Shown: one piece after another, positions 8,211 through 19,103 of the stretch
Layout of the letters: each line of letters opens with the position of its first letter
Position numbering within the stretch: the first letter of the stretch is position 1
Source of the DNA: Christensenella sp.
GTDB lineage: Bacteria; Bacillota; Clostridia; Christensenellales; CAG-138
Length of the DNA: 64,000 nucleotides
Assembly: GCA_034926785.1 (NCBI GenBank)
Contig: JAYFQU010000015.1
Coordinates: 13,363 to 77,362 of the forward strand
Reading direction: 5' to 3'
Made by a program: the position numbers and the translations under genes
Notes under the pieces: generated by a model
What the model was told of the DNA's origin: nothing
Database searches by the model: none
The model's input: the letters and a program-made list of their open reading frames with translations, nothing else

Positions 8211-8489
8211 TTGGCAAAGAAAATCCCTATGCGGATGTGCGTTTCCTGCCGGGAGATGCAGCCCAAAAAGGAATTGGTGCGTGTGGTGCGTACGCCGGAG
8301 GGCGCGGTGATCCTCGACGCTACCGGGCGCGCAAACGGGCGGGGAGCGTATCTCTGCAAAAAGAGCGCCTGCCTGGAAAAGGCGATCAAGTCCCGTGCGC
8401 TGGAGCGCGCGCTGGAGACGAAGATTGAGCCGGAAACCTATGACACACTGCGCGCGCAGTTTGCAACCTATCATGAACAGCAAACTTAA
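8211..8489 (+). CDS. ylxR: YlxR/RnpM (DUF448) RNA-binding protein
   Basis: KKIPMRMCVSCREMQPKKELVRVV...GRGAYLC. TTG start 3 nt after the nusA stop. Confidence 0.9.
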   Translation: MAKKIPMRMCVSCREMQPKKELVRVVRTPEGAVILDATGRANGRGAYLCKKSACLEKAIKSRALERALETKIEPETYDTLRAQFATYHEQQT

Positions 8490-8769
8490 CAGCGCAATCG
8501 GGTTCGCGATGAAAGCGGGCAAGCTTGTTTCCGGCGATTTCTCGGTTGAGAAAACGGTTCGCGCCAGAAAGGCGAAACTCGCGCTGATTGACAGCGAGGC
8601 TTCGGATAACACGAAGGATAAATACCGCAGCATGTGCGAAAACGCCGGCATTGCACTCATCGAGGTAGAGGAATTGGGACGATGGATTGGCAAGCCCGGA
8701 CGGATGATTGCGGCGGCAACGGATGAACAGTTTACTACTATGATCAAACGCGCGTCCGCGCAGGAATAA
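8473..8769 (+). CDS. ylxQ: L7Ae-family ribosomal-protein-like RNA-binding protein (YlxQ type)
   Basis: LNSAIGFAMKAGKLVSGDFSVEKTVRARKAKLALIDSEASDNT. The ATG at 8473 overlaps the ylxR end. Confidence 0.85.
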   Translation: MNSKLNSAIGFAMKAGKLVSGDFSVEKTVRARKAKLALIDSEASDNTKDKYRSMCENAGIALIEVEELGRWIGKPGRMIAAATDEQFTTMIKRASAQE

Positions 8770-8804
8770 CGCGGACTGCGAAAAACGCGGGGGTAACGAC
8801 GTAA

Positions 8805-11720
8805 ATGGCAAAAAACAATTTTCTGGAGTCGGCAAACGGAATTCAGAAGAACACAAAAGAACTTCTGGAAAGGCTGTCTAACACGCAGAGCGCCGTTGGC
8901 GAACTGCTTGTTTCAGTGCGTCATTCCGAAAGCGAATTTCTTGACAAGGAGGAGCAAAAGCGCAAGGCGCGAGAAGAGCGCGAGCGCATGGAGCGTTTGC
9001 GCGACTTGCTTGACTCCGATCAGGATCATGCCGCGCATGCCGGCGGAAGAGACGACGAGGATGCCCCCGTGGCAAAGCCTGCTCTGAAAGAGGAAAAAAC
9101 AGTTCCGGCACCGCAAGCCGCGGAGAAATCGGTTGAAGAACCGGTTGCGCCCGCGCAACCGGAGGCGCCGAAACATGCGCCCAAACCGGAACCGCAGGAA
9201 GCGCCCGCGGCAGAACAGCCGGAACCCGTGAAACCGCAGGTGGCGCAGGAAGCGCCGAAGAAACCGGCCGGAAGCGGATATGAGGCGCATGCCATTGTGC
9301 AGGATGACCGTCGTCGGCCGCCGCAGCAGCAAGGCGAGCGCGCGCCATATCAACAAAACCGGCCGCAACAGGACGGCTATGCTCCGCGCCCGCAGCAGGG
9401 CCAGCAGGGCGGCTATGCCCCGCGCCCGCAGCAGGGCCAGCAGGGCGGCTACGCCCCGCGTCCGCAGCAGGGTCAACAGGGCGGCTACGCACCGCGCCCG
9501 CAGCAGGGTCAACAGGGCGGTTACGCACCGCGCCCGCAGCAGGGCCAGCAGGGCGGCTACGCACCGCGCCCGCAGGGTGGTCAGCAGGGTGGCTATGCGC
9601 CGCGTCCGCAGGGTGGTCAGCAGGGTGGCTATGCGCCGCGTCCGCAAGGACAGGGCGGTTACGCGCCGCGCCCGCAAGGGCAGGCCGGTATGCCGCCGCG
9701 CGGCCCGCGTCCTTCCACCGGAGGGACGGCGCCGGTTCCCGCCGCAGGCGGTAAAGAGCGGGTCAGCAACTATGACCCGAACAAGAGTGCCTATGCCCGC
9801 GCAAAAGAAGCGGAAAATAAAAAAGCGAAAAACAAGAAAGCGATTGCACGCGAAACCGCGCCCAGCGCAAGCAACTGGGATGAAGACGCAGCAACCGGCA
9901 ATCGCCGGCCAAGGCGCGGCGTAAAGCAACCCATGCGGCGGCCGGAACCCGTCGTGATCGAAAAGGCGGTGATCACCACGGATACCATCACGGTAAAAGA
10001 ACTCTCGGAGAAGATCGGCAAGCCCGCATCCGAGATCATCAAAAAGCTCTTCCTGCTCGGTATGCCAACAACGATCAATCAGGAGATCGATTTTGACACC
10101 TGCGAACTCGTTGCTTCGGACTTTGGCATCGAACTGGAACTCAAGATTGCAAAGACGTTTGAAGAGGTGCTCTCCGACAGCGCATCCACGGATTCCGATG
10201 CGCCGGAACTGCTCAAGCCCCGCCCGCCGGTGGTCACGATCATGGGCCACGTCGACCACGGCAAGACCTCCCTGCTGGACGCGATTCGCAACAGCAGCGT
10301 CACCGAGGGCGAAGCTGGCGGCATCACCCAGCACATCGGCGCATATACCGTCCTGTGCAACGACAAGCAAATCACATTTATCGACACACCGGGTCATGAG
10401 GCGTTCACCTCCATGCGCGCACGCGGCGCGCAGGTGACGGACATCGTCATTCTGGTTGTTGCGGCGGATGATGGCATCATGCCGCAGACGGTTGAGGCGA
10501 TCAACCACGCAAAGGCGGCTGGCGTACCGATTATCGTCGCGATCAACAAAATGGATAAGCCGGACGCAGATCCGGATCGCATCAAGCAGCAGTTAACGGA
10601 GTATGAACTCGTCTCCGAAGAATGGGGCGGCCAGACCATCGTGGTACCCGTCTCCGCCAAGAAGCTGACCGGCATCGATACGCTGCTGGAGATGGTTCTC
10701 CTGCAGGCGGACGTGCTGGAGCTCAAGGCCAATCCGGATCGTCTCGCAAAGGGCACGATCATAGAGGCCAAGTTGGATAAGGGACGCGGTCCGCTCGCGA
10801 CTGTGCTCGTTCAGAACGGAACGCTGCGCCGCGGGGACACCATTGTCGCAGGTACGGCCTACGGCAAGGTTCGCGCCATGACGGACGACCGCGGCAACGC
10901 GGTCAACGAGGCCGGACCCTCCATGCCGGTTGAGGTGCTGGGCTTTAGCGACGTGCCGGATGCGGGCGATATCCTTAACGTCGCCGAGGCGGACAAGCTC
11001 TCCCGCCAGGTGGTTGAGGAGCGCCGCGATAAGATCAAGGCCGCGCAGCTCAAGAGCAAGAGCAAAGTTTCCCTGGACGATCTGTTTACCCAAATGGCGG
11101 CGGACGAGCTCAAGGAGCTCAACGTCATCCTCAAGGCGGACGTACAGGGCTCGGTGGAAGCGGTCAAGCAGGCGCTGGAAAAACTCAGCAACGACGAGGT
11201 TCGCGTGCGCTGCATCCATGGCGGCGTCGGCGCGATCACGGGCACGGATATCATGTTTGCCTCCGCTTCCAACGCCATCGTCATCGGCTTCAACGTCCGC
11301 CCGGATACGAGCGCGCGCGCCATGGCGGAGAAGGAGAATGTTGACGTTCGCCTGTATCGCGTCATCTACAACGCGATCGACGATGTCAAGGCCGCCATGC
11401 AAGGCATGTTCAAGCCGATCTTTAAGGAGGTTGAGCTGGGCAGAGCCACCGTTCGCGAGACATTTAAGGTCACGGGCGTTGGAACCATCGCAGGCGCCTA
11501 TATCAACGACGGCAAGATTGCGAGAAACGCGCAGATCCGCGTGGTGCGCGACAGCGTCGTAATCCACGAGGGCAAGATCTCCTCACTCAAGCGCTTTAAG
11601 GATGACGCGAAGGAAGTCCTCACGGGCTACGAATGCGGCATTGGCATCGACGGATTCAACGACCTTCAGGAAGGCGACGTCATTGAGGCGTTTGTCATGG
11701 AAGAGGTCAAGCGCACATAA
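8805..11720 (+). CDS. infB: Translation initiation factor IF-2 with an expanded low-complexity N-terminal region
   Basis: IF2_N ([25 protein letters not shown]) and G domain ([24 protein letters not shown]), plus C-terminal domains. 971 aa. Confidence 0.97.
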   Translation: MAKNNFLESANGIQKNTKELLERLSNTQSAVGELLVSVRHSESEFLDKEEQKRKAREERERMERLRDLLDSDQDHAAHAGGRDDEDAPVAKPALKEEKTVPAPQAAEKSVEEPVAPAQPEAPKHAPKPEPQEAPAAEQPEPVKPQVAQEAPKKPAGSGYEAHAIVQDDRRRPPQQQGERAPYQQNRPQQDGYAPRPQQGQQGGYAPRPQQGQQGGYAPRPQQGQQGGYAPRPQQGQQGGYAPRPQQGQQGGYAPRPQGGQQGGYAPRPQGGQQGGYAPRPQGQGGYAPRPQGQAGMPPRGPRPSTGGTAPVPAAGGKERVSNYDPNKSAYARAKEAENKKAKNKKAIARETAPSASNWDEDAATGNRRPRRGVKQPMRRPEPVVIEKAVITTDTITVKELSEKIGKPASEIIKKLFLLGMPTTINQEIDFDTCELVASDFGIELELKIAKTFEEVLSDSASTDSDAPELLKPRPPVVTIMGHVDHGKTSLLDAIRNSSVTEGEAGGITQHIGAYTVLCNDKQITFIDTPGHEAFTSMRARGAQVTDIVILVVAADDGIMPQTVEAINHAKAAGVPIIVAINKMDKPDADPDRIKQQLTEYELVSEEWGGQTIVVPVSAKKLTGIDTLLEMVLLQADVLELKANPDRLAKGTIIEAKLDKGRGPLATVLVQNGTLRRGDTIVAGTAYGKVRAMTDDRGNAVNEAGPSMPVEVLGFSDVPDAGDILNVAEADKLSRQVVEERRDKIKAAQLKSKSKVSLDDLFTQMAADELKELNVILKADVQGSVEAVKQALEKLSNDEVRVRCIHGGVGAITGTDIMFASASNAIVIGFNVRPDTSARAMAEKENVDVRLYRVIYNAIDDVKAAMQGMFKPIFKEVELGRATVRETFKVTGVGTIAGAYINDGKIARNAQIRVVRDSVVIHEGKISSLKRFKDDAKEVLTGYECGIGIDGFNDLQEGDVIEAFVMEEVKRT
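9375..9689 (+). repeat. In-frame 36-bp tandem repeat within infB (9 copies of GYAPRPQ(Q/G)GQQG; the last two are shortened)
   Basis: Units start at 9375, 9411, 9447, 9483, 9519, 9555, 9591, 9627 (30 nt) and 9657 (33 nt). Copies differ mainly at synonymous sites: Ala codon gct, gcc, gcc, gca, gca, gca, gcg, gcg, gcg. Confidence 0.95.
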
Positions 11721-11771
11721 ACGCAATCGCAAATGGCGGCCGTCCGGCTTCGTCCGGGCGGAGGAGGATAT

Positions 11772-12167
11772 ATGGCTACGTTTCGTTCGGATCGAAGGAA
11801 CGAAGAGGTAAAAAAGACGGTCAGCGAGATTATTCGCGAGATGAAGGATCCCAGAATTTCGCCGATGACGACGCTGACGGATGTCGACATGACAAAAGAC
11901 CTCAAATATGCAAAGATCAAGGTTTCCGTATACGATGACGATGAGAAGCAGCGTGTTTCCAGCGTGGAAGCGCTGAACCACGCCGCCGGATTCATCGCGC
12001 ATGAGCTTGGCGCGCGGATGCGCATCCGCGCCGTGCCGAGCATGAAGTTTATGCTTGACAATACGATTGCCTATAGCGTACGGATTTCAGAAATTCTCAA
12101 CGGGCTTCATAAAAGCGAAGATTCCATGAAAGAGGATGACGCGCATACAGACGAAGGAGAGGAGTGA
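11772..12167 (+). CDS. rbfA: Ribosome-binding factor A
   Basis: RRNEEVKKTVSEIIREMKDPRI..LTDVDMTKDLKYAKIKVSV. ATG at 11772 behind gaggagga. Confidence 0.9.
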   Translation: MATFRSDRRNEEVKKTVSEIIREMKDPRISPMTTLTDVDMTKDLKYAKIKVSVYDDDEKQRVSSVEALNHAAGFIAHELGARMRIRAVPSMKFMLDNTIAYSVRISEILNGLHKSEDSMKEDDAHTDEGEE

Positions 12168-12172
12168 CGGGC

Positions 12173-13135
12173 ATGTTGCAGGACGCCGTCCGGTTTTTGC
12201 GGACGCACGATGATATTCTGCTGATTGCGCACGTCTCCCCGGATGGCGACACGCTCGGCAGCAGCTTTGCGCTTTACGGCGCTCTGCTGGAGCTTGGCAA
12301 ACACGCACAGGTGGTCTGCGAAGACCCCGTTCCTGCGATTTACCGCTTTCTTCCCTTTTCCGACCAACTGATACCGCCCGAGCAGGCAAAGCCTGCTGAG
12401 GCGGTTGTTTGCGTGGACTGCGCGGATATTGCGCGCACTGGTCGGTGCGAACCGCTGTTTCGCGCCGCGAAAGCGACGCTCAACATTGACCATCACGGCA
12501 CCAACGACCGCTATGCCGAGGAAAACTACGTGCAAAAGGCGGGCGCTACGGGTGAACTGATCTTCAACGTGATCGCCTGCATGAAGATTACGCTTAACAA
12601 GAATATCGCTAGCTGCCTCTATGCGGCAATTACGACCGACACGGGCAATTTTTCTTATTCTAACACCACGCCGGACACCATGCGAATCGCGGCGGATATC
12701 CTCGACACCGGCATCGACCTGCCCTATCTCAACCGCTGTCTGTTTCGGACGATTCCATTCCATAAACTCAAGCTGCACGCTCTTGCCGTGAGCAAAACGC
12801 AGCTTTTTGAATATGGCCGAATCGGGATTTCGTTTATCACGATGGATGAGATTCAGTCCTGCGGGGCGACAAACGAAGACAGCGAGGGCATCATCGATTC
12901 CATCCGCGACATCGACAGCGTAGAGATCGCAGCCTTTTTGCGTGAGAGTGAGGGCGGGCTGATTCGCGTCAGTCTGCGCGGGAAGTCCAGCGCGGATGTG
13001 AGCAGGATCGCCACGCGGTTTGGCGGCGGCGGGCACAAACTCGCGGCGGGCTGCACGCTGGAAGCTTCGGTTGAGAGCGCATTCGGGCAGATTCTGGACG
13101 CGGCAAAAGAGCTTCTGGTCGGGTCTGGCGATTGA
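12173..13135 (+). CDS. nrnA: DHH/DHHA1 phosphoesterase (NrnA-type oligoribonuclease / pAp phosphatase)
   Basis: HVSPDGDTLGS, NIDHHGTN, GGGHKLAAG. ATG 12173 is preferred over GTG 12164, which sits directly on the RBS. Confidence 0.85.
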   Translation: MLQDAVRFLRTHDDILLIAHVSPDGDTLGSSFALYGALLELGKHAQVVCEDPVPAIYRFLPFSDQLIPPEQAKPAEAVVCVDCADIARTGRCEPLFRAAKATLNIDHHGTNDRYAEENYVQKAGATGELIFNVIACMKITLNKNIASCLYAAITTDTGNFSYSNTTPDTMRIAADILDTGIDLPYLNRCLFRTIPFHKLKLHALAVSKTQLFEYGRIGISFITMDEIQSCGATNEDSEGIIDSIRDIDSVEIAAFLRESEGGLIRVSLRGKSSADVSRIATRFGGGGHKLAAGCTLEASVESAFGQILDAAKELLVGSGD

Positions 13136-13136
13136 T

Positions 13137-14015
13137 ATGGACGGGATTGTGACCATCCTGAAACCGCCGGGCATGACGTCCAGCAATGCGGTATACGACG
13201 TGCGCAAGATTTTTTCGGAGCAGCGGGCCGGGCATCTTGGCACGCTGGATCCAGCGGCGGCGGGCGTACTGCCCATCTGCCTCGGCCGCGCGACGCGTTT
13301 GTTTGATATTCTTGTCGACAAGGACAAGGAATATTATTTTGAGGCGGCTTTTGGCACCCAAACCGATACGCAGGACGCCTGCGGAAGGGTTCTTTCGCGC
13401 GATGGCACGCGCGTGCAACGGCAGCAACTGCTTGACATCCTGCCGGAGTTTCTTGGCGGGCAGATGCAGGCGGCATCCATCTATTCCGCGTTGAAGGTGG
13501 ACGGCAGAAAGATGTATGATCTTGCCCGCGCGGGTGAGACGGTTGCGCCGAAGACGCGGGAAATCTGCGTTCATGAAATCGAGCTGATTGAGCAGACGGG
13601 GGAGAATCGCTTTCTCCTGCGCACGGTCTGTTCGCGGGGAACCTACATTCGTTCCCTCTGCGAAAGCATCGCCGAGCGCCTCGGTACCGTGGCTTATGTT
13701 CCGTTTCTTCTACGCTCACGCAGCGGCCCCTTTACTCTGCGGCAGGCAAAAACCGTGCCCGAGCTGGAGGCGGAGAAGGCGGCGGGAACGCTTCTCGACG
13801 CCGTTGTCTCCTGTGAAACGGCTACGATATTTCTGCCGGCGCTGGAGCTGGAGGCGGACAGGAAAACACCAACCCAAAACGGGCTGGAGACGCATCTGCG
13901 CGGCGTGGCGGACGGTATGGTCCGCGCCTATGCGGACGGCGAATTTTTAGGAATCGGAGTGGTCTCCCGTGGGAGTTTCCGGCTCTCGATTCATCTTTAC
14001 GGTGAAAAAAACTAG
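13137..14015 (+). CDS. truB: tRNA pseudouridine-55 synthase TruB
   Basis: MDGIVTILKPPGMTSSNAV...GHLGTLDPAAAGVLPICLG. ATG 1 nt after the nrnA TGA. Confidence 0.93.
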   Translation: MDGIVTILKPPGMTSSNAVYDVRKIFSEQRAGHLGTLDPAAAGVLPICLGRATRLFDILVDKDKEYYFEAAFGTQTDTQDACGRVLSRDGTRVQRQQLLDILPEFLGGQMQAASIYSALKVDGRKMYDLARAGETVAPKTREICVHEIELIEQTGENRFLLRTVCSRGTYIRSLCESIAERLGTVAYVPFLLRSRSGPFTLRQAKTVPELEAEKAAGTLLDAVVSCETATIFLPALELEADRKTPTQNGLETHLRGVADGMVRAYADGEFLGIGVVSRGSFRLSIHLYGEKN

Positions 14016-14068
14016 GCTTCGTCTCCGCTTCTATTCAAGAAGCGCGGCGCTTAACACTTGAGGTATCT

Positions 14069-14959
14069 ATGGCAGAATTAATCCCCGCCGTCGTCGCCCT
14101 AGGCATGTTTGACGGCGTACATCTAGGACATCGGGCGCTTATGTCCCGCTTGCTGAAAGAGGCGGAGCGCTTAGACGCCGCCCCTTGCGTCTATACGTTT
14201 TCCAATCATCCGCTGGAGGTGCTGGGCGGCAGCGTTAAGCTGCTTTCGGGCGTTGGGGAGCGCAACAAGCTGCTCCGCGCGCTTGGCGCTGAGCGTGTTC
14301 TGAGCGTACCCTTTACCAAAGAGATGGCGGCTCTGGGAACGGAACAGTTCGTTGACCTGCTGATGGAGCGGTGGGAGATTCGCGGGCTGGTGGTGGGCTA
14401 CAATTATACCTGCGGCGATCATGGCGCGGGCACGCCGGAGACGCTCGCCGAGATCGGCGAACGGCGAGGTTTTTCCGTTTCCGTGGTGGAGCCCGTGATG
14501 TTTGCGGGCACACCGGTTTCAAGTACGCGCATCCGCGAAGCGATTGAGCGAGGGGATGTGTCGCTTGCAAAGGAACTGCTTGCGCGGCGGTATACCCTCT
14601 CCGGTACGGTGGTGCAGAACAAGCGCATCGGAAGGCGGATCGGGTTCCCGACGGCGAACATCGAGGCGGATCCTAAGCGTGTGATCCCGGCGGACGGCGT
14701 CTATGCCTCCATAGCCTATGTCGGCGGCGCGGCCTATCGCGCGGTGACGAATATCGGCAGCAATCCGACCGTGTATGGCGAAACGCTGACCATCGAGACG
14801 CACCTGATTGAGTTTGACGCGGATATCTATGGCGAAGCGCTGACGGTGGCCTTTCGTAAACGCCTGCGCGGCGAGGCGATGTTCGACTCTCTGGATGCGC
14901 TGAAAGAACAGATTCGTCGGGATGTCCTGGAGGCATCCGCACTCAAGGATTTAGGTTAG
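14069..14959 (+). CDS. ribF: Bifunctional riboflavin kinase / FMN adenylyltransferase
   Basis: GMFDGVHLGHRAL and RIGFPTANI motifs. Confidence 0.93.
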   Translation: MAELIPAVVALGMFDGVHLGHRALMSRLLKEAERLDAAPCVYTFSNHPLEVLGGSVKLLSGVGERNKLLRALGAERVLSVPFTKEMAALGTEQFVDLLMERWEIRGLVVGYNYTCGDHGAGTPETLAEIGERRGFSVSVVEPVMFAGTPVSSTRIREAIERGDVSLAKELLARRYTLSGTVVQNKRIGRRIGFPTANIEADPKRVIPADGVYASIAYVGGAAYRAVTNIGSNPTVYGETLTIETHLIEFDADIYGEALTVAFRKRLRGEAMFDSLDALKEQIRRDVLEASALKDLG

Positions 14960-15019
14960 AGTAACGAAACTTACGGGGTTTGGGCGGCATAATATAAGAT
15001 ATTTATCTGTGAACGGTTG

Positions 15020-15048
15020 TTTACAAGAGTATTCGGATATGCTATCAT
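15020..15048 (+). promoter_or_regulatory. Sigma-A-type promoter for rpsO
   Basis: TTTACA (15020-15025), 17-nt spacer, TATCAT (15043-15048). Confidence 0.5.
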
Positions 15049-15138
15049 GTATAAGCATTCAAATGCCGTTTACCGGGATATACGACACTCCGACGTATTT
15101 CTCAGTTCACGGGAGAAAAGAAAAAGGAGAAAAAGACC

Positions 15139-15396
15139 ATGACTAAGACAGAAACCATTGAAAAGTACGCGCTTCACGAAGGCGACACCGGTTCCCCGGA
15201 AGTGCAGATTGCTCTCCTGACCGAGCGCATCAACCACCTCAACGAGCACCTCAAGCTGCACATGAAGGATCACCACTCGCGCCGCGGGTTGCTCAAAATG
15301 GTCGGTCAGCGCAGAGGACTTCTGAACTACCTCAAGGAAAAGGACATCGAGCGTTACAGAACGATCGCTGCAAGCCTGAACATCCGTATTAAGTAA
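15139..15396 (+). CDS. rpsO: 30S ribosomal protein S15
   Basis: [45 protein letters not shown]. Confidence 0.97.
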   Translation: MTKTETIEKYALHEGDTGSPEVQIALLTERINHLNEHLKLHMKDHHSRRGLLKMVGQRRGLLNYLKEKDIERYRTIAASLNIRIK

Positions 15397-15402
15397 AAGG
15401 TA

Positions 15403-15431
15403 AAGGCGGGATTGTTCCCGCCTTTCTTTTT
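15403..15431 (+). terminator. Rho-independent terminator after rpsO
   Basis: aaggcggga / tcccgcctt stem with loop ttgt, then tttcttttt. Confidence 0.8.
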
Positions 15432-15553
15432 ATATGCTTCGCCTATACCAGTCGCGCAAAAGGAATCGATCAAGCAGCCGAAAGCGCGCGGGCGAACACT
15501 GAAATTGGGATTAAAAAAAGAAGATAAAAGAAAAAGAAGGAGCAAACAAAACA

Positions 15554-17650
15554 ATGGAACGTAACTTCCAGATGCAGCTTGGCGGGCGGACGCTCATCGT
15601 CGAAACCGGCAAGTATGCCGAACAGGCAGGCGGAAGCTGTCTTGTTCGCATGGGCGATACGGCGGTGCTGGTATGCGCCACGATCGCAAAAACCGCACGC
15701 GACGGCGTGGATTTTCTGCCGCTGTCGGTAGAATATCAGGAGAAGCTTTACTCGGTCGGCAAGATTCCCGGTGGATTCATCAAGCGGGAAGGCCGCCCGA
15801 CCGACCGCGCGATTCTAAGCTCGCGCCTCATAGACCGCCCCCTGCGTCCGCTTTTCCCGAAGGGATTTTATAACGACGTACAGGTGGTTGCCACCGTTAT
15901 GTCCGTTGAGCAGGACGTTCAGCCGGAACTGCTCGCCATGATCGGCTCCTCCGCCGCGCTGGCGATCAGCGAAGCGCCGTTTGCCGGACCGACCGGCTCG
16001 GTTGCTGTTGGTTTTGTGGATGGCGAATATGTCATCAACCCGGACGTTGCGCAGCGCGAAAAAAGCCGCCTGAGCCTCACCGTCGCCGGCACGAAAGATG
16101 CCGTGATGATGGTTGAAGCGGGCGCAAACGAGATCACCGAGGACGAAATGCTCGGCGCGATCCTCTTTGCGCATGAGGAGATCAAGAAGATTGTCGCCTT
16201 TATCGCAGAGATCGAGGCCGAGGTGGGCAAGCAGAAGATGGAGCCTGTGGTCTACCATCCGGACGAAGAGCTCGAGCAGAAGGTTCGCGCGTTTGCGTTT
16301 GACAAGGTTGTCTGGTCTCTGGATACCTTTGATCGCTCGGAGCGCGAAGTGCGCGGCGAGCAGGTGAAGGCGGAGGCGATCGAGGCCTTCAAAGAAGAAT
16401 ATCCCGAAGGCGCGAAGGATATCGGCGCAGTCCTCTATAACATCACCAAGGAAGTTGTTCGCGATAAGATCATCAACAAGAAGGTTCGCCCCGACGGGCG
16501 CGCGCAGGATGAGATCCGCCCCATCTGGAGCGAGGTCGGCATCTTTGGCCGCACGCATGGCAGCGCGGTTTTCACCCGCGGTCAGACGCAGGTGATGACC
16601 ATTGCCACCCTTGGCACGATCTCCGAGGCGCAGTCCCTTGACGGGCTTTCGCTGGAGGAGAGCAAGCGCTATATGCACCAGTATAATATGCCGCCGTACA
16701 GCACGGGCGAAGCAAAGCCCATGCGCGGCGTTGGCCGGCGCGAAATTGGTCACGGCGCCCTCGCGGAGCGCGCGCTGGAGCCGGTTTTGCCGAGCGAAGC
16801 GGAGTTTCCGTATTGCATGCGTCTCGTGAGCGAGGTCATCAGCTCCAACGGCTCCACCTCGCAGGCTTCTATTTGTGCGAGCACACTGGCGCTGCTGGAT
16901 GCGGGCGTCCCGATCAAAAAGTCCGTCGCGGGTGTCGCGATGGGCCTCATCAAGGACGACAGCACCGGCAATATCGCCATCCTGACCGATATTCAAGGCC
17001 TTGAGGACTTTCTCGGCGATATGGACTTTAAGGTTGCCGGTACGCGGGACGGCATCACCGCCATCCAGATGGATATCAAGATCAAGGGCATCAACAAGGA
17101 AATTTTGACCCGTGCGCTCGAACAGGCCCGCAAGGGACGCATGTTCATTCTCGACAAGATGGACGAAACCCTGCGTGAAGCGCGCGCGGAGCTCTCGCCC
17201 TATGCGCCGCGGATCATTACCTTCAAGATCAATCCGGACAAGATTCGTGAGGTCATTGGCAGCGGCGGCAAGACGATCAACAAGATCATTGCCGATACCG
17301 GCGTTAAGATCGACATTGAAGACGACGGCACGGTCTACATTGCCTCCCCGGATTCCGCGGCGGCGACGGAAGCCAAGCGCATCATCGACGGCATCGTCAA
17401 GGAGATTGAGGTTGGCGACGTCTACCTCGGCACTGTGGTTGGCATCAAGGAGTTTGGCGCGTTCATCAACCTCAAGCCAGGCACGGACGGCCTCCTGCAT
17501 ATCTCCCGCATCGCTAACAAGCGTGTGGAGAAGGTTGAGGACGTGCTCTCCATGGGCGAGCAGGTGCTCGTGCGCGTCATTGACATCGACGCAAAGACCG
17601 GCAAGATCAGCCTGACCCGCAAGGATATGCTTCCGGCGGACAAAGACTAA
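15554..17650 (+). CDS. pnp: Polynucleotide phosphorylase
   Basis: Two RNase PH domains plus KH plus S1 ([18 protein letters not shown]). 698 aa. Confidence 0.97.
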   Translation: MERNFQMQLGGRTLIVETGKYAEQAGGSCLVRMGDTAVLVCATIAKTARDGVDFLPLSVEYQEKLYSVGKIPGGFIKREGRPTDRAILSSRLIDRPLRPLFPKGFYNDVQVVATVMSVEQDVQPELLAMIGSSAALAISEAPFAGPTGSVAVGFVDGEYVINPDVAQREKSRLSLTVAGTKDAVMMVEAGANEITEDEMLGAILFAHEEIKKIVAFIAEIEAEVGKQKMEPVVYHPDEELEQKVRAFAFDKVVWSLDTFDRSEREVRGEQVKAEAIEAFKEEYPEGAKDIGAVLYNITKEVVRDKIINKKVRPDGRAQDEIRPIWSEVGIFGRTHGSAVFTRGQTQVMTIATLGTISEAQSLDGLSLEESKRYMHQYNMPPYSTGEAKPMRGVGRREIGHGALAERALEPVLPSEAEFPYCMRLVSEVISSNGSTSQASICASTLALLDAGVPIKKSVAGVAMGLIKDDSTGNIAILTDIQGLEDFLGDMDFKVAGTRDGITAIQMDIKIKGINKEILTRALEQARKGRMFILDKMDETLREARAELSPYAPRIITFKINPDKIREVIGSGGKTINKIIADTGVKIDIEDDGTVYIASPDSAAATEAKRIIDGIVKEIEVGDVYLGTVVGIKEFGAFINLKPGTDGLLHISRIANKRVEKVEDVLSMGEQVLVRVIDIDAKTGKISLTRKDMLPADKD

Positions 17651-17674
17651 GTTCCGAAGCGAAGAACACCATTG

Positions 17675-17700
17675 GGCGCGGCGGCAACGCCGCGCCTTTC
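17675..17700 (+). terminator. GC-rich hairpin after pnp with a weak T-tract
   Basis: ggcgcggcg / cgccgcgcc stem with loop gcaa, then tttcc. Confidence 0.5.
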
Positions 17701-17789
17701 CTGTGCGGAGAATACCTGTCGCACAAGAGATGAAATTATGATAGAATACAACATTGTCAGCATTTTACGCACGAAAGGGAACCAGTAGT

Positions 17790-19049
17790 ATGATTCGCCA
17801 GACGATTTTGCCAAACGGGATTCGGCTGATTTATGAAAAGATGGAGCATGTCCGCTCCGTCTCCATGGGCGTATGGGTGGATACCGGTTCCGTGCGCGAA
17901 ACGCAGGAGACCGCGGGCGCCTCGCACCTCATCGAGCACATGGTGTTTAAGGGCACCGAACGCAGGAGCGCGGAGCAGATTGCCATTGAGATGGATGCTG
18001 TTGGCGGCAACATCAACGCCTTTACAAGCAAGGAGAACACCTGCTTTTATGCGAAGGTGTTGGATGAGCATTTGGATTTGGTATCCGATGTGCTCTCCGA
18101 TTTGACGTTCCACAGCGTATTTGACCCGGAAGAGCTCAAAAAAGAGCAGGGCGTCGTTCTGGAAGAGATATTGATGAATGAAGACAGCCCGGAGGATCTT
18201 GTCAGCGAGGAGAGCAACATGCTTTTCTTTGGCGAGGAACCGCTGGCGAGTCCGATTCTTGGAACCAAGGAAAGCGTGCGTGCGTTCACGCGCGAGACGC
18301 TGCTGGCCTATAAAAACGAATTTTATGTGCCGAACAATATCGTCGTCGCCTGCGCGGGCAATTTTGAAGAATCCGCGCTGATCGACTCCGCCACCCGATG
18401 GTTTGATCAATCTGCTTCTCCGCGGGCAACGCAGCCGATCCTGCAGCGCTTTCCCGGCGGCAAGAAGGAGAGGTTTATCGAAAAGGACGTTGAGCAGATA
18501 CATATCTGTCTGACGCTGCCCGGATTTGCGCGGGACGACGCGGGGCAATACCCGCTCGCCGTGCTCTCCAACATCATCGGCGGCAGCATGAGCTCGCGGC
18601 TGTTTCAGTCGATTCGGGAGAAGCTGGGGCTCGCATACTCCGTCTACTCCTACCCCACGAGCTACACGGGTACGGGAACGCTGACCCTCTATGCCGGAAC
18701 GGGTGAAAAGCAGGCGAAAGAAGTGCTCTTGCGTATGATCGAGGAGATAGAGCGCGTGCGAAAGGATGGCGTCACGGAAGAGGAGTTGATTCGCTGCCGC
18801 GATCAACTCAAGGGCAGTTATCTGCTGGGTATGGAGTCCAGTGGATCGCGCATGAACGCGCTGGGTAAGACGCTGCTGTTACAAAAACGTGAATATAGCG
18901 AAGCAGAGACACTCCGGCGAATCGAATGTGTTACAATGGATGATATTGAACGCATTCTTCCGGTTTGCCTTGACCTTAACGAGGCCAGCGCGGCGTTTGT
19001 CGGCCGACTGAAAAAGAGCAAAGCGGCGCTTTCAGAAGCGCTTCGCTGA
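17790..19049 (+). CDS. M16-family (pitrilysin/insulinase) zinc peptidase
   Basis: HxxEH motif (GASHLIEHMVFKGT). The position after pnp matches ymxG/mlpA in Firmicutes. ATG at 17790. Confidence 0.88.
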   Translation: MIRQTILPNGIRLIYEKMEHVRSVSMGVWVDTGSVRETQETAGASHLIEHMVFKGTERRSAEQIAIEMDAVGGNINAFTSKENTCFYAKVLDEHLDLVSDVLSDLTFHSVFDPEELKKEQGVVLEEILMNEDSPEDLVSEESNMLFFGEEPLASPILGTKESVRAFTRETLLAYKNEFYVPNNIVVACAGNFEESALIDSATRWFDQSASPRATQPILQRFPGGKKERFIEKDVEQIHICLTLPGFARDDAGQYPLAVLSNIIGGSMSSRLFQSIREKLGLAYSVYSYPTSYTGTGTLTLYAGTGEKQAKEVLLRMIEEIERVRKDGVTEEELIRCRDQLKGSYLLGMESSGSRMNALGKTLLLQKREYSEAETLRRIECVTMDDIERILPVCLDLNEASAAFVGRLKKSKAALSEALR

Positions 19050-19103
19050 ACAGGAACATGGGCGGCATCAGGCTTAGGATTGACCACACGGGAGGAAACC
19101 ACG

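Noticed and set aside
9375-9689. Regular 36-bp direct repeats that could superficially resemble a CRISPR array
   Set aside because: There are no spacers: the units are contiguous. They are in frame inside infB, are not palindromic, and no cas genes are present.
9280-9924. 214-aa Arg/Ser/Ala-rich + strand ORF (SRASRAA... repeats), plus antisense ORFs over the same region
   Set aside because: It is the infB 36-bp repeat read in alternative frames. The IF-2 frame is continuous with conserved G-domain sequence.
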